A stretch of 36,990 nucleotides of DNA from an uncultured Tannerella sp. (GTDB taxonomy: Bacteria; Bacteroidota; Bacteroidia; Bacteroidales; Tannerellaceae): assembly GCA_963515435.1 (NCBI GenBank), contig CAUPYF010000001.1:1-36990 (forward strand), in the 5' to 3' direction. A program made the position numbers and the translations under genes. The notes below the pieces were generated by a model. The model worked only from the letters and a program-made list of their open reading frames with translations. It was not told the origin of the DNA and made no database searches. Shown in pieces: positions 27,196 through 36,930 of this stretch. How positions within the stretch are numbered: position 1 is the stretch's first letter; the number at the start of each line of letters is the position of its first letter.

Positions 27196-28425
27196 ATGGC
27201 AAAAGGGGTAGACAATGCTTGTGCTTTTTGCGGAAAGAGTGGCAAGGACGTGGGTATGCTGATCACGGGACTTTCCGCCGCGATTTGCGACGAGTGTGCG
27301 ACGCAGGCGTACCGGATTGTACAAGAGGCACGGCCGAAGGAGGCCTGTTTCCTGCCCAAAGGCGAGGAGGTGCCAAAGCCGAAAGAACTAAAAGAGTTTT
27401 TGGATCAGTACGTCATTGGACAGGATACGGCCAAGCGCTATTTGTCTGTGGCTGTCTACAACCACTACAAACGATTGATGCAGCAAGTGACGACGGATGA
27501 TGTGGAAATTGAAAAGTCCAACATCATCATGGTAGGCGCCACGGGCACGGGAAAGACGTTGCTTGCACGCACCATTGCGCGCAAGTTGCATGTGCCCTTC
27601 TGCATTGTCGATGCTACTGTGCTCACGGAGGCCGGCTATGTGGGGGAGGACATCGAAAGCATTCTCACGCGCCTATTGCAAGCTGCGGATTATAACGTCG
27701 AGGCGGCGCAGCGCGGCATTGTCTTTATCGATGAGATCGATAAGATCGCTCGCAAGAGCGATAACCCCTCCATCACGCGAGATGTGAGTGGCGAGGGCGT
27801 ACAGCAAGGGTTGCTGAAGTTACTTGAGGGCTCAATCGTGAACGTTCCACCGCAGGGTGGTCGCAAGCACCCCGAACAGCGCATGATCCCCGTGGACACA
27901 CGAAACATCCTCTTCATCTGTGGCGGTGCCTTCGACGGTATCGAAAAGAAAATCGCCCAACGGCTCAATACGCGTGTGGTGGGCTACGCTGCCAGTCGGG
28001 ATACGGCTGTCGTGGATCGGAATAATTTGATGCAATACATCACGCTGACTGATTTGAAGACCTTTGGCATGATTCCGGAAATCATCGGCCGGTTGCCCAT
28101 CCTGACCTATCTCGATCCACTGGACCGCGCGGCGCTGCGGCAGATCCTCACCGAGCCCAAAAACTCTATCATCAAGCAATACATCAAGCTCTTCGATATG
28201 GACGGCATCAAACTCTCTTTCAGTGAGGACGTATATGAATATGTAGTTGACAAAGCGATCGAGTTTAAGCTGGGGGCACGGGGATTACGGTCGATCGTGG
28301 AGGCGATTATGATGGACGCCATGTATCGGCTGCCTTCCGAAAACAGAAAGAAGATGACCGTCGGGCTGAGTTACGCCAAAGAGCAGTTTGAAAAGGTGGA
28401 TTTCAGCCGTTTGCAAAGGGCGTGA
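27196..28425 (+). CDS. clpX: Clp protease ATP-binding subunit ClpX
   Basis: C4 zinc finger, [36 protein letters not shown]. Confidence 0.98.
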   Translation: MAKGVDNACAFCGKSGKDVGMLITGLSAAICDECATQAYRIVQEARPKEACFLPKGEEVPKPKELKEFLDQYVIGQDTAKRYLSVAVYNHYKRLMQQVTTDDVEIEKSNIIMVGATGTGKTLLARTIARKLHVPFCIVDATVLTEAGYVGEDIESILTRLLQAADYNVEAAQRGIVFIDEIDKIARKSDNPSITRDVSGEGVQQGLLKLLEGSIVNVPPQGGRKHPEQRMIPVDTRNILFICGGAFDGIEKKIAQRLNTRVVGYAASRDTAVVDRNNLMQYITLTDLKTFGMIPEIIGRLPILTYLDPLDRAALRQILTEPKNSIIKQYIKLFDMDGIKLSFSEDVYEYVVDKAIEFKLGARGLRSIVEAIMMDAMYRLPSENRKKMTVGLSYAKEQFEKVDFSRLQRA

Positions 28426-28447
28426 AGCAGGAGGAGCGTTAAAGTGT

Positions 28448-30781
28448 ATGGCAATAGATATGTCAAAAGGAAAAAGCATGGCCGAAGAACTTTCGAGAGC
28501 TGAAAAGAAAAAGCCGTCAGAAGAGAAAAAATCGGGCGTGGCGCCGAAAAAAACTGGCACAGCTACACCACGTACCAAGGCGTCGGCAAAACATCCATCC
28601 GAAGAGCCGCTAGACGTGACTGCGGCACTGAAAAAACATTTTGGATTCGATTCATTCAAAGGAGATCAGAAAGCCATCATTGAAACACTGCTCTCCGGAA
28701 AGGATGCGTTCGTGCTGATGCCCACGGGCGGCGGCAAGTCGCTGTGTTATCAGTTGCCCTCGCTCATGATGGAGGGCACGGCGATCGTCATCTCTCCGCT
28801 CATCGCGCTGATGAAGAACCAAGTCGACGCGATGCGCAACTTCAGCGAGGATGACGGCGTGGCCCACTTTATCAACTCGTCGCTCAACCGCACGGCCATC
28901 GAGCAAGTGAAGCAGGACATCCTTTCCGGCCTCACGAAGTTGCTTTACGTGGCGCCTGAGTCACTGACCAAGGAGGAGAATGTGGAATTTTTGCGTCAGG
29001 TGAAGATTTCCTTTTATGCTGTGGACGAGGCGCACTGTATTTCGGAGTGGGGGCACGACTTCAGACCCGAATACCGTCGGATAAGGCCCATCATCAACGA
29101 AATCGGCAAGCATCCGCTCATCGCGCTGACCGCCACAGCCACGCCGAAGGTGCAGCACGACATACAGAAGAATCTCGGCATGCTGGACGCTACGGTCTTC
29201 AAGTCGTCGTTCAACCGTCCGAACCTCTATTACGAGGTGCGGCCCAAGGGCAAGGATGTGGATCGGGAAATCATCAAGTATATCAAGGCTAACGAGGGCA
29301 AATCGGGCATCGTCTACTGTCTGAGCCGGAGGCGGGTAGAGGAGTTCACAGACATCCTCTGTGCCAACGGTATCAAGGCGCTGCCTTACCATGCGGGGAT
29401 GGAGTCGCATGTGCGTTCGCGCAATCAGGACGCCTTCCTGATGGAAGAAGCTGACGTGATTGTGGCCACCATCGCTTTCGGCATGGGCATCGACAAGCCC
29501 GATGTGCGCTATGTGATCCATTATGACATCCCCAAAAGTTTGGAAGGGTATTATCAGGAGACGGGGCGTGCCGGTCGCGACGGTGGCGAGGGTCGATGTC
29601 TCGCTTTCTATGCCTACAAAGACTTACAGAAGCTGGAGAAATTCCTACAGGGAAAGCCCATCATAGAGCAAGAGATCGGGAAACAGTTGCTACTCGAAAC
29701 AGCGGCTTATGCTGAGACAGCTGTCTGCCGACGCAAGGTGCTTCTGCATTACTTCGGTGAGGAATACACGGAAGAGAATTGCGGCTGCTGCGACAACTGC
29801 CTCACACCGCGCGTCACGATCGAGGCGAAGGATATGCTACAGATGGCACTCGAAGCCATCGACGCGCTTCGTGAAAAGTATAAGGCGGAATACATCGTCG
29901 ATTTCCTGCTGGGGAAAGAGACGGCGGACATCGTCTCATACGAACAAAACGAAATGGAGCAGTTCGGGAGCGGGCAGGACGAGGATGACAAGACTTGGAA
30001 CGCCGTCATCCGTCAAGGCCTCATCGCGGGCTACCTGACGAAGGAGATAGAGAACTATGGCACGCTTAAGATTACGCCTCAGGGGCGGGATTTCATGCAG
30101 TACCCGACGTCGTTCAGGGTCGTAAAGGATAAGGAGTTTGAGGAAGACGATTCGGCCGATGTGTCGATGCGCGGAAGCGGTTCGAGCGCGGTGGATCCGG
30201 CGCTCTTCTCCATTATGAAGGACCTCCGGAAGAAGCTCTCCAAGCAGCTGGATGTGCCCCCGTTCGTCATCTTCCAAGATCCATCCCTCGAGGCGATGGC
30301 TACGACCTATCCCGTCACATTAGAAGAGCTGCAAAACATCCCCGGTGTCGGCTCAGGCAAGGCCAAACGCTACGGGACGGAATTCGTGGCCCTGATCAAG
30401 AAATATGTGGAGGAAAACGACATTGAACGCCCCGAGGACATGCGTGTAAGAACGGTGGCCAACAAATCGAAGCTGAAAGTTTCGATCGTGCAGAGCATAG
30501 ACCGGAAGGTGGCGCTCGATGACATCGCCACGTCCAAGGGGTTGGAGTTTTCCGAGTTGCTCGACGAGATCGAATCCATCGTCTATTCCGGCACGCGGAT
30601 CAACATCGACTATTTCATCCTCGATGCCATAGACGAGGATCACGTGGACGACATCTACCAATACTTCAAAGAGTCTACCACTGACAATCTCAAGGACGCC
30701 ATCGAAGAATTAGGCAGCGACTACACGGAAGAAGAGATCCGGTTGATCCGCATCAAGTTTCTATCCGAGATGGCGAATTAG
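28448..30781 (+). CDS. recQ: DNA helicase RecQ
   Basis: MPTGGGKSLCYQLP, DEAHCISEWGHDFRP, QETGRAGRDG, Zn-binding Cys, RQC and HRDC; start uncertain (ATG 28448, 28460 or 28478). Confidence 0.97.
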   Translation: MAIDMSKGKSMAEELSRAEKKKPSEEKKSGVAPKKTGTATPRTKASAKHPSEEPLDVTAALKKHFGFDSFKGDQKAIIETLLSGKDAFVLMPTGGGKSLCYQLPSLMMEGTAIVISPLIALMKNQVDAMRNFSEDDGVAHFINSSLNRTAIEQVKQDILSGLTKLLYVAPESLTKEENVEFLRQVKISFYAVDEAHCISEWGHDFRPEYRRIRPIINEIGKHPLIALTATATPKVQHDIQKNLGMLDATVFKSSFNRPNLYYEVRPKGKDVDREIIKYIKANEGKSGIVYCLSRRRVEEFTDILCANGIKALPYHAGMESHVRSRNQDAFLMEEADVIVATIAFGMGIDKPDVRYVIHYDIPKSLEGYYQETGRAGRDGGEGRCLAFYAYKDLQKLEKFLQGKPIIEQEIGKQLLLETAAYAETAVCRRKVLLHYFGEEYTEENCGCCDNCLTPRVTIEAKDMLQMALEAIDALREKYKAEYIVDFLLGKETADIVSYEQNEMEQFGSGQDEDDKTWNAVIRQGLIAGYLTKEIENYGTLKITPQGRDFMQYPTSFRVVKDKEFEEDDSADVSMRGSGSSAVDPALFSIMKDLRKKLSKQLDVPPFVIFQDPSLEAMATTYPVTLEELQNIPGVGSGKAKRYGTEFVALIKKYVEENDIERPEDMRVRTVANKSKLKVSIVQSIDRKVALDDIATSKGLEFSELLDEIESIVYSGTRINIDYFILDAIDEDHVDDIYQYFKESTTDNLKDAIEELGSDYTEEEIRLIRIKFLSEMAN

Positions 30782-30822
30782 CCGATCAACAATAATCATA
30801 AACCAATCAACGATATAGTAGA

Positions 30823-32421
30823 ATGAAAAGGCTTTTATTGGTCGCGGTATGCAGTGCCCTGCCTTTTGCGTGGACGTCTGCGCAGAAAAAGACCGTCGAC
30901 GACCCGGCGGTGATGACCGTGGCGGGGAAGGATATCCCTGTGTCAGAGTTTCTCTTCATCGCCCAAAAAGACAGTGGCGTGGATCTGAACAACAAGAAGT
31001 CGGTGGATGACTTTGTGACGTTGTTTAAGAATTTCAAGCTGAAGGTGGCCGACGCTGAAGCTGCTCAATACGATCAGACGGAGAACTTTCGAAACGAACT
31101 GAGGGACTATGAGATGCAGCTGCGCGCTGGAATTCTTTCTGACAAGCGGGGAGAGTCCGAGGTTCTCCATGAAATTTATGACCGTGGCAAGATGATTCCC
31201 GCCTTTAGCGACATTGTTTTCCCGTTGCCCGAGCAAACCGTATCGAAAGATACCGTCGTCGTCTATCAGCATGCCAAGGCCGCCTACGACCGCATCCTCC
31301 ACGGTGAGGATTACGAGAAAGTGGGCCGAGAATTGGCCGAAGGAAAAGGCGACACGGCATTCTTCGACCATGTGGAATATATCTATCCGCTGCAACTCAT
31401 GAAGTCGCTGGAGAACACGGTTTTCAATATGAAGGTGGGCCAGATCGTCGGCCCCGTACGCTCCCCGGCCGGCTTCCACATCCTGCGGCTCGAGAAGTTG
31501 ACGCCCAATCCCGGACGCATCCGCGTGGCTCACATCATGCTCGGCTCCGACAGCGAACAGCCCGACACGGTAGCCCTGCTTAATCGTGCCAATGAGATTT
31601 ACGACCGCCTGAAGCAGGGCGAAAGTTTCAGTGCCCTCGTCAACGCCTACTCCATCGATGCCAAGACGCGCAACAACGACGGCATACTGCCTTACTTCAC
31701 CCTCGGCGACATGGTCCGCCCCTTCGAGGAGGCCGCCTTCGCACTGAAGGACACGGGCGACTTCACCCGGCCCGTACGCACCCGCTACGGTTACCACATC
31801 ATCAAGCTCTTAGACCGCCGTCCGATGGCGCCTTACGAGGAGCTCGAAGAAATGTACTACACCACCATGCGTCAGGGCGACCGCAACTTTGAACTCTTCA
31901 AGAGTTACGACGACATGATGAAAAAGAAGTACGGCTACACCTTCAATCAAGAGGCCTACGACGAGCTGCAGCGACTGTGCGACGACTATTTCCCCACGGA
32001 CACAAACTTTTACAACCGAGCCAAGACGATGCACAAGACCCTGATGCACCTCAATGGCACCGACTTCCCCCAGAGTGAGTTCGCGGAGTACCTCCGGCTC
32101 TACCCCTTCTCCACGAAAACCTATTCGGGAGACTTCATGAGTGAGGTGTACCAGCTTTTCATCCGCGACATTATCCGCACCTTAGAGCGCCGCGAGCTCG
32201 ACGCCAATCACCCCGAGCTAGAAAAGTTGATGAAGGAATATCGCGACGGCATCCTCCTCTTCAACATCAGCAACGAGCGTATCTGGAGCCACCCGATCGA
32301 GGAACAGGCCAAGTTGGAGGCTGACTGGGTGAAGGAGCTCAACAAGAAGTATGAGGTGAAGGTTCATCGCAAGGTGCTGAACAACTTGAAGCAATATCTC
32401 GCCGTGCCATCTAAGAAATAA
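30823..32421 (+). CDS. Periplasmic parvulin-type peptidyl-prolyl isomerase
   Basis: Signal peptide, two rotamase domains (SPAGFHIL, VAHIM, TRYGYHIIK), EYRDGILLF. Confidence 0.9.
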   Translation: MKRLLLVAVCSALPFAWTSAQKKTVDDPAVMTVAGKDIPVSEFLFIAQKDSGVDLNNKKSVDDFVTLFKNFKLKVADAEAAQYDQTENFRNELRDYEMQLRAGILSDKRGESEVLHEIYDRGKMIPAFSDIVFPLPEQTVSKDTVVVYQHAKAAYDRILHGEDYEKVGRELAEGKGDTAFFDHVEYIYPLQLMKSLENTVFNMKVGQIVGPVRSPAGFHILRLEKLTPNPGRIRVAHIMLGSDSEQPDTVALLNRANEIYDRLKQGESFSALVNAYSIDAKTRNNDGILPYFTLGDMVRPFEEAAFALKDTGDFTRPVRTRYGYHIIKLLDRRPMAPYEELEEMYYTTMRQGDRNFELFKSYDDMMKKKYGYTFNQEAYDELQRLCDDYFPTDTNFYNRAKTMHKTLMHLNGTDFPQSEFAEYLRLYPFSTKTYSGDFMSEVYQLFIRDIIRTLERRELDANHPELEKLMKEYRDGILLFNISNERIWSHPIEEQAKLEADWVKELNKKYEVKVHRKVLNNLKQYLAVPSKK

Positions 32422-32578
32422 CTCATCCTTCGGGCTATGATTTTTGCTGTAGCAGACCACAGGACAGGGCCTCCGTTTCGTCGGGAGCTCTGTCCCGTCG
32501 TATTCGGGCCTGACCGCTTCGGTGCTCCTTTTTTCAAGAAGTACGAAAAGCACTGCTTTTTGCACAAAAAAATACGGC

Positions 32579-32829
32579 ACGTGAGTGTTCGAAGTAAGAA
32601 TTGGATTCGTTCTTTCGGGTAGGCAGCCAGAAAAGATCGCAGCAAGCTCCTAACTCTGAGTTTTTGGCGTTTGCAGGAACGCTGCAAAGGCCACGGAGAC
32701 GCGGTTGATGTTTGCAGGAATCGTGCAAGCCTTACATGATGTTTTTGGAGAGTCTGACAAAACTATGTAAGGCTTACGTGGTAGCCCCGCAGACACTCTG
32801 CCTATTTTTATTCTTACATCGACTCACGT
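32579..32829. repeat. Inverted-repeat-bounded element with 41-42-bp spaced palindromes
   Basis: Arms ACGTGAGTGTTCGAAGTAAGAAT (32579-32601) / ATTCTTACATCGACTCACGT (32810-32829), inner TAGGCAG/CTGCCTA; TTTGCAGGAA at 32670 and 32711. Confidence 0.75.
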
Positions 32830-32901
32830 TACGGAAAAACAATGTCCCCGTATATGTGTGAGTCTCGAAGATTCGTTTAACCCATAAAAAGAACTGCTTC
32901 T

Positions 32902-33801
32902 ATGATTGTCATAAGTAAGAAGATACTGGCCCTGCTGCTTGCGGTGGCGGTGTGCTGTGCGCTCGCTGCTTGCAAAAGGACGGCTGTAAAAGAAGAGGCT
33001 GATGCACTCGTTCAGGTCGATCGCTATACGTTGACGCGCAGTGAGGTGGCTAAGATCATTCCGCAGGGGTGCTCTCCGGCTGACAGCCTACTGATCGCTG
33101 AGAATTACATCAAAAAGTGGGTCACGGACATATTGATCTACAAGGTGGCCGCGCGTAATCTTGGCGAGGGAGGGGAGGAGATAGACCGCTTAGTGGAGGA
33201 ATATCGGCGGGCGCTGCTCCGCCAGCGCTATTTGGACGAGATAGTACACAATAAGCTCGCATCCCAGATCAGCGAGCAGGAAAAAGAGGCCTATTACCGC
33301 GAGGACAGCCAGCGCTTCGTGCTCAAGACGTGCATCATCCGGGGGCTATTCGTCAAGGTGCCGGTTGACGCACCGGAGCTCGACAACGTGCGCAAGTGGT
33401 ATCGCTCGGAAAAGACGGACGCCCTCGAAAGCATCGAGAAATACAGCCTCCGCAATGCCGCGGTCTATGATTACTTCTACGATCGGTGGGTGGATCTGGA
33501 TGAGGTACTCGAAAAGATCCCCATACGGGTGGGCGACAAGGCTCAATTCCTGCACACGAACCGCGCTGTGGAGACCTCGGACAGTGCTTATTGCTACTTC
33601 CTCAACATCTCACGCTACCTCCTGGCCGGAAGTATCGCCCCTTACGACTATGCCCGAAACCAGATCGAGGAGACGATGATCAACATGCGCAAGGTGGACT
33701 TCCTGCGCAATTTCGAGGAGGAACTCTTTCGCGACGCTGTCCGCAAGGGCGACGTCACGTTTTTCTACGATACAAACCCCGAAAACGATAAACAGAAATG
33801 A
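32902..33801 (+). CDS. Lipoprotein of the PPIase/SurA-associated family
   Basis: Lipobox ALAA-C, ADSLLIAENYIKKW motif, between the PPIase and surA. Confidence 0.8.
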   Translation: MIVISKKILALLLAVAVCCALAACKRTAVKEEADALVQVDRYTLTRSEVAKIIPQGCSPADSLLIAENYIKKWVTDILIYKVAARNLGEGGEEIDRLVEEYRRALLRQRYLDEIVHNKLASQISEQEKEAYYREDSQRFVLKTCIIRGLFVKVPVDAPELDNVRKWYRSEKTDALESIEKYSLRNAAVYDYFYDRWVDLDEVLEKIPIRVGDKAQFLHTNRAVETSDSAYCYFLNISRYLLAGSIAPYDYARNQIEETMINMRKVDFLRNFEEELFRDAVRKGDVTFFYDTNPENDKQK

Positions 33802-35162
33802 GAAGAATCGTGTATTCAAGCCTGCTCGCAGCCTGTCTTGCGGGCGCGGCTTATGGACAGGATAATGTGGTGGACGAAATCGTGTGGGTGGTGGGCGACG
33901 AGGCCATCCTCCGCTCCGACGTGGAGGCTCAGCGCCTTTACATGCAGAACGAGGGGCAACGCTTCGACGGCGACCCGTACTGCATCATCCCCGAACAGAT
34001 TGCCATCCAGAAGCTCTACCTCAACCAGGCCAAAATCGACAGCATCGACGTGAGTGAAAGTCAGGTGCTTCGCTCCGTCGATCAGTGGATCAACATGGCC
34101 ATCAACCAGGTGGGCGGACGCGAAAAGTTAGAGGAGTATTTCAACAAAAAACTCTCCCAAATCAAGGAGGAACGCAAGACGATGGTGCGTGAACAGCAGA
34201 TCGTGCAGGAGATGCAGAAGAAGCTCGTCGGCAAGATCAAGCTCACCCCTTCGGACGTCAGGCATTACTTCCAAAACGTGCCGCAAGACAGCCTCCCCAT
34301 GATCCCTACCACCGTAGAGGTGCAAGTCGTGACCGTGGAGCCGAAGATCTCCTTCGAGGAGACGGACGCCATCAAGGCGCGCTTGCGCGACTTCACCGAG
34401 CAGGTGAACAACGGCAAGATGGAGTTCTCCACCCTCGCCCGGCTCTATTCTGAGGATCCGGCGTCGGCCTCGCGCGGCGGCGAGATGGGCTTCGTGGGCA
34501 AGTCGAGCCTCGTGCCCGAGTTTGCCAACGTAGCCTTCAACCTGACCGACCCGAAGCGCGTGTCAAACATCGTAGAGACGGAGTATGGCTATCACATCAT
34601 TCAGCTGATCGAGAAGCGCGGCGACCGCATCAACTGCCGCCACATCCTGCTTCGCCCCAAGGTCTCCGAGAAGGAATTAAACGAAGCCACTGCGCGCCTC
34701 GATTCGATTTACACCGACATCGAAGCCGGCAAACTCACCTTCGAGGACGCTGCCACCTACCTCTCCGCCGACAAGGACACGCGCAACAACAAAGGGCTCA
34801 TGGTGAATCAGAATTACGAAAGCTCGCACGCGGGTACACCCAAGTTTGAGATGCAAGAGCTCCCTCAGGACATCAGTAAGGTGGTCTATGGCATGAAACC
34901 TGGCGACATCTCCAAGCCTTTCCGCATGTTGACCGACAAGCAGCGCGAAGTAGTCGCCATCGTCAAGCTCAAGGCCCGCACCGACAGCCACCGCGCTAAC
35001 TTGGCCGATGATTATCAAGTGATGAAGTCGATGGTGGAGAGTCACAAGCGCGAAGAGCTGCTCAACGATTGGATCAAGAAGCAGCAGAAGACTACCTACG
35101 TGCGCATCGCGGACGGCTGGCGGAATTGCGATTTTAAGTTCCCGGGCTGGGTGAAAAAGTGA
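33798..35162 (+). CDS. surA: Periplasmic chaperone/PPIase SurA
   Basis: VDEIVWVVGDEAILRSD N-domain, parvulin domains (YSEDP, ETEYGYHIIQL, RHILL). Confidence 0.9.
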   Translation: MRRIVYSSLLAACLAGAAYGQDNVVDEIVWVVGDEAILRSDVEAQRLYMQNEGQRFDGDPYCIIPEQIAIQKLYLNQAKIDSIDVSESQVLRSVDQWINMAINQVGGREKLEEYFNKKLSQIKEERKTMVREQQIVQEMQKKLVGKIKLTPSDVRHYFQNVPQDSLPMIPTTVEVQVVTVEPKISFEETDAIKARLRDFTEQVNNGKMEFSTLARLYSEDPASASRGGEMGFVGKSSLVPEFANVAFNLTDPKRVSNIVETEYGYHIIQLIEKRGDRINCRHILLRPKVSEKELNEATARLDSIYTDIEAGKLTFEDAATYLSADKDTRNNKGLMVNQNYESSHAGTPKFEMQELPQDISKVVYGMKPGDISKPFRMLTDKQREVVAIVKLKARTDSHRANLADDYQVMKSMVESHKREELLNDWIKKQQKTTYVRIADGWRNCDFKFPGWVKK

Positions 35163-35178
35163 TGAAGGCCCGTCGGCA

Positions 35179-36885
35179 ATGAATGAGTCTTTCCGACAGA
35201 ACATCGTAGGGGCGTATCGCATACGCCTCTCCAAACGTTCCCGCAGGGGACGGCCGGGTACGAGCCGGGGCGTATGCGATACGCCCCTACCGGCCGGACG
35301 CTTGCCATTCGTCGCATTGTTGTGCCTCTGCCTCAGCCTCGCGGCTACATTGCAGGCACAGACGCCAGGCTCTCCCCCCGGGGTGACGAAAGTCTTCCTC
35401 GAGCATGCTGACGTGCAGTCGTTCGACAAAGAGATCAGCGCCGATCGGCAGGTGCTTTCGGGCAATGTCCAGTTCCGCCACGACAACTCCTACATGTATT
35501 GCGACAGCGCTTACTTCTACGAGGCCAACAGCTCGCTCGAGGCTTTCGGCGAGGTGCGTATGGAGCAGGGCGACACGCTCTTCGTCTACGGCGATTACCT
35601 CTATTACGACGGCAACATTCGCATGGCCAAGATGCGCGACAACGTGCGCATGGAAAGCGTCCGCGCCGATGGATCCATCGTCACCCTCTTCACCGACAGC
35701 CTCAACTACGACCGTGTCGCCAACATCGGCTACTACTTCGATGGCGGCACGATCGTGGACGAGGCCAACGAACTCTCCTCCTATTACGGGCAGTATTCGC
35801 CCGCCACACGCATAGCCGTCTTCAACGATAGCGTGCGCGTCTTCAACGACAAGTTTGTGCTCTACTCCGATACGCTCCAATACAGCACCGAGTCGAAGGT
35901 GGCCACCATCCTCGGCCCCTCGGTCATCGTTTCGGACAGCGGCAACATCTATACCTCGCGTGGCTGGTACAATACCGTCGAGAACACCTCACTCTTGCTC
36001 GACAGATCTCAAGTCACCTCCGGCAACCGCATCCTCATCGGCGACTCCATCGCCTACAACCGCGCTATCGGTTTCGGCGAGGCGTACGGCAACGTCATCC
36101 TGCGCGACACGACGGAGAAGATGATGCTCGAAGGCAATTACGGATCATATGACGAGCGCACCCGCCACGCCTTAGCCACCGACAGCGCCCGCTGCATGGA
36201 GTATTCCCAAGGCGACACGCTCTACATGCACGCCGACACCTTCGAAATGATCACTATCGACTCTACCGCGCGGCAGGTGAAGGCTTACCACGGTGTGCGT
36301 TTCTTCCGCATCGACATTCAGGGCGTCTGCGACTCCATGCAGTTCAACACCGCCGACTCCACACTCTGTATGTATGCGGATCCGATGCTCTGGAACGAGC
36401 AGAATCAGCTCTACGGCGACACCATCGTTGTTCACATGGCTGACACCACCGTCGACCACGTGCACGTCATCCGTTTCGCCTTCTCCATCCAGCAGGTCGA
36501 CACGGGGCATTTCAATCAGTTGAAGGGCAACGACCTCAAGGCCTACTTCGAGGGGCGCGCTGTTCGTCGCATCGACATCGACGGCAACGCGGAGTCGATC
36601 TTCTTTCCCCTCGAGGACAATGGCAGCATGATCGGCATGAACGAGACGAAGAGTAGCTATCTGACCATCTGGGTGAAGGATCGGAAGATCGAGAAGCTAC
36701 GCCTCTGGCCCTCGCCGCAAGGCACCCTCACCCCCCTGCCCGACCTCACGCCCGGGCAGATGACGCTGCGTGACTTCCATTGGTTCGACTACCTCCGCCC
36801 GAAGGACAAAAACGACATCTATACCGCCATCCACCGGAAGACTGAAGATGCCGCCCCCATCAAGCGCAGCGACAAATTCCATTAA
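35179..36885 (+). CDS. OstA/LptA-like beta-jellyroll protein
   Basis: GNVQFRHDNSYMYCDSAY, EAFGEVRMEQGDT, repeated xDS/DT beta-taco motifs; follows surA; N-terminus contains a REP doublet so the start is uncertain. Confidence 0.9.
   Translation: MNESFRQNIVGAYRIRLSKRSRRGRPGTSRGVCDTPLPAGRLPFVALLCLCLSLAATLQAQTPGSPPGVTKVFLEHADVQSFDKEISADRQVLSGNVQFRHDNSYMYCDSAYFYEANSSLEAFGEVRMEQGDTLFVYGDYLYYDGNIRMAKMRDNVRMESVRADGSIVTLFTDSLNYDRVANIGYYFDGGTIVDEANELSSYYGQYSPATRIAVFNDSVRVFNDKFVLYSDTLQYSTESKVATILGPSVIVSDSGNIYTSRGWYNTVENTSLLLDRSQVTSGNRILIGDSIAYNRAIGFGEAYGNVILRDTTEKMMLEGNYGSYDERTRHALATDSARCMEYSQGDTLYMHADTFEMITIDSTARQVKAYHGVRFFRIDIQGVCDSMQFNTADSTLCMYADPMLWNEQNQLYGDTIVVHMADTTVDHVHVIRFAFSIQQVDTGHFNQLKGNDLKAYFEGRAVRRIDIDGNAESIFFPLEDNGSMIGMNETKSSYLTIWVKDRKIEKLRLWPSPQGTLTPLPDLTPGQMTLRDFHWFDYLRPKDKNDIYTAIHRKTEDAAPIKRSDKFH
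35206..35290. repeat. REP doublet (REPIN-like), GTAG family
   Basis: GTAGGGGCGTATCGCATACGCC (35206-35227) and its perfect reverse complement ending ...CGCCCCTAC (35290); each arm has an internal GGCGTAT/ATACGCC palindrome. Confidence 0.9.
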
Positions 36886-36930
36886 ATCGATTTGGGTAGA
36901 TCAATGTGTCCGCCCGCTTTCGTATCCCTC

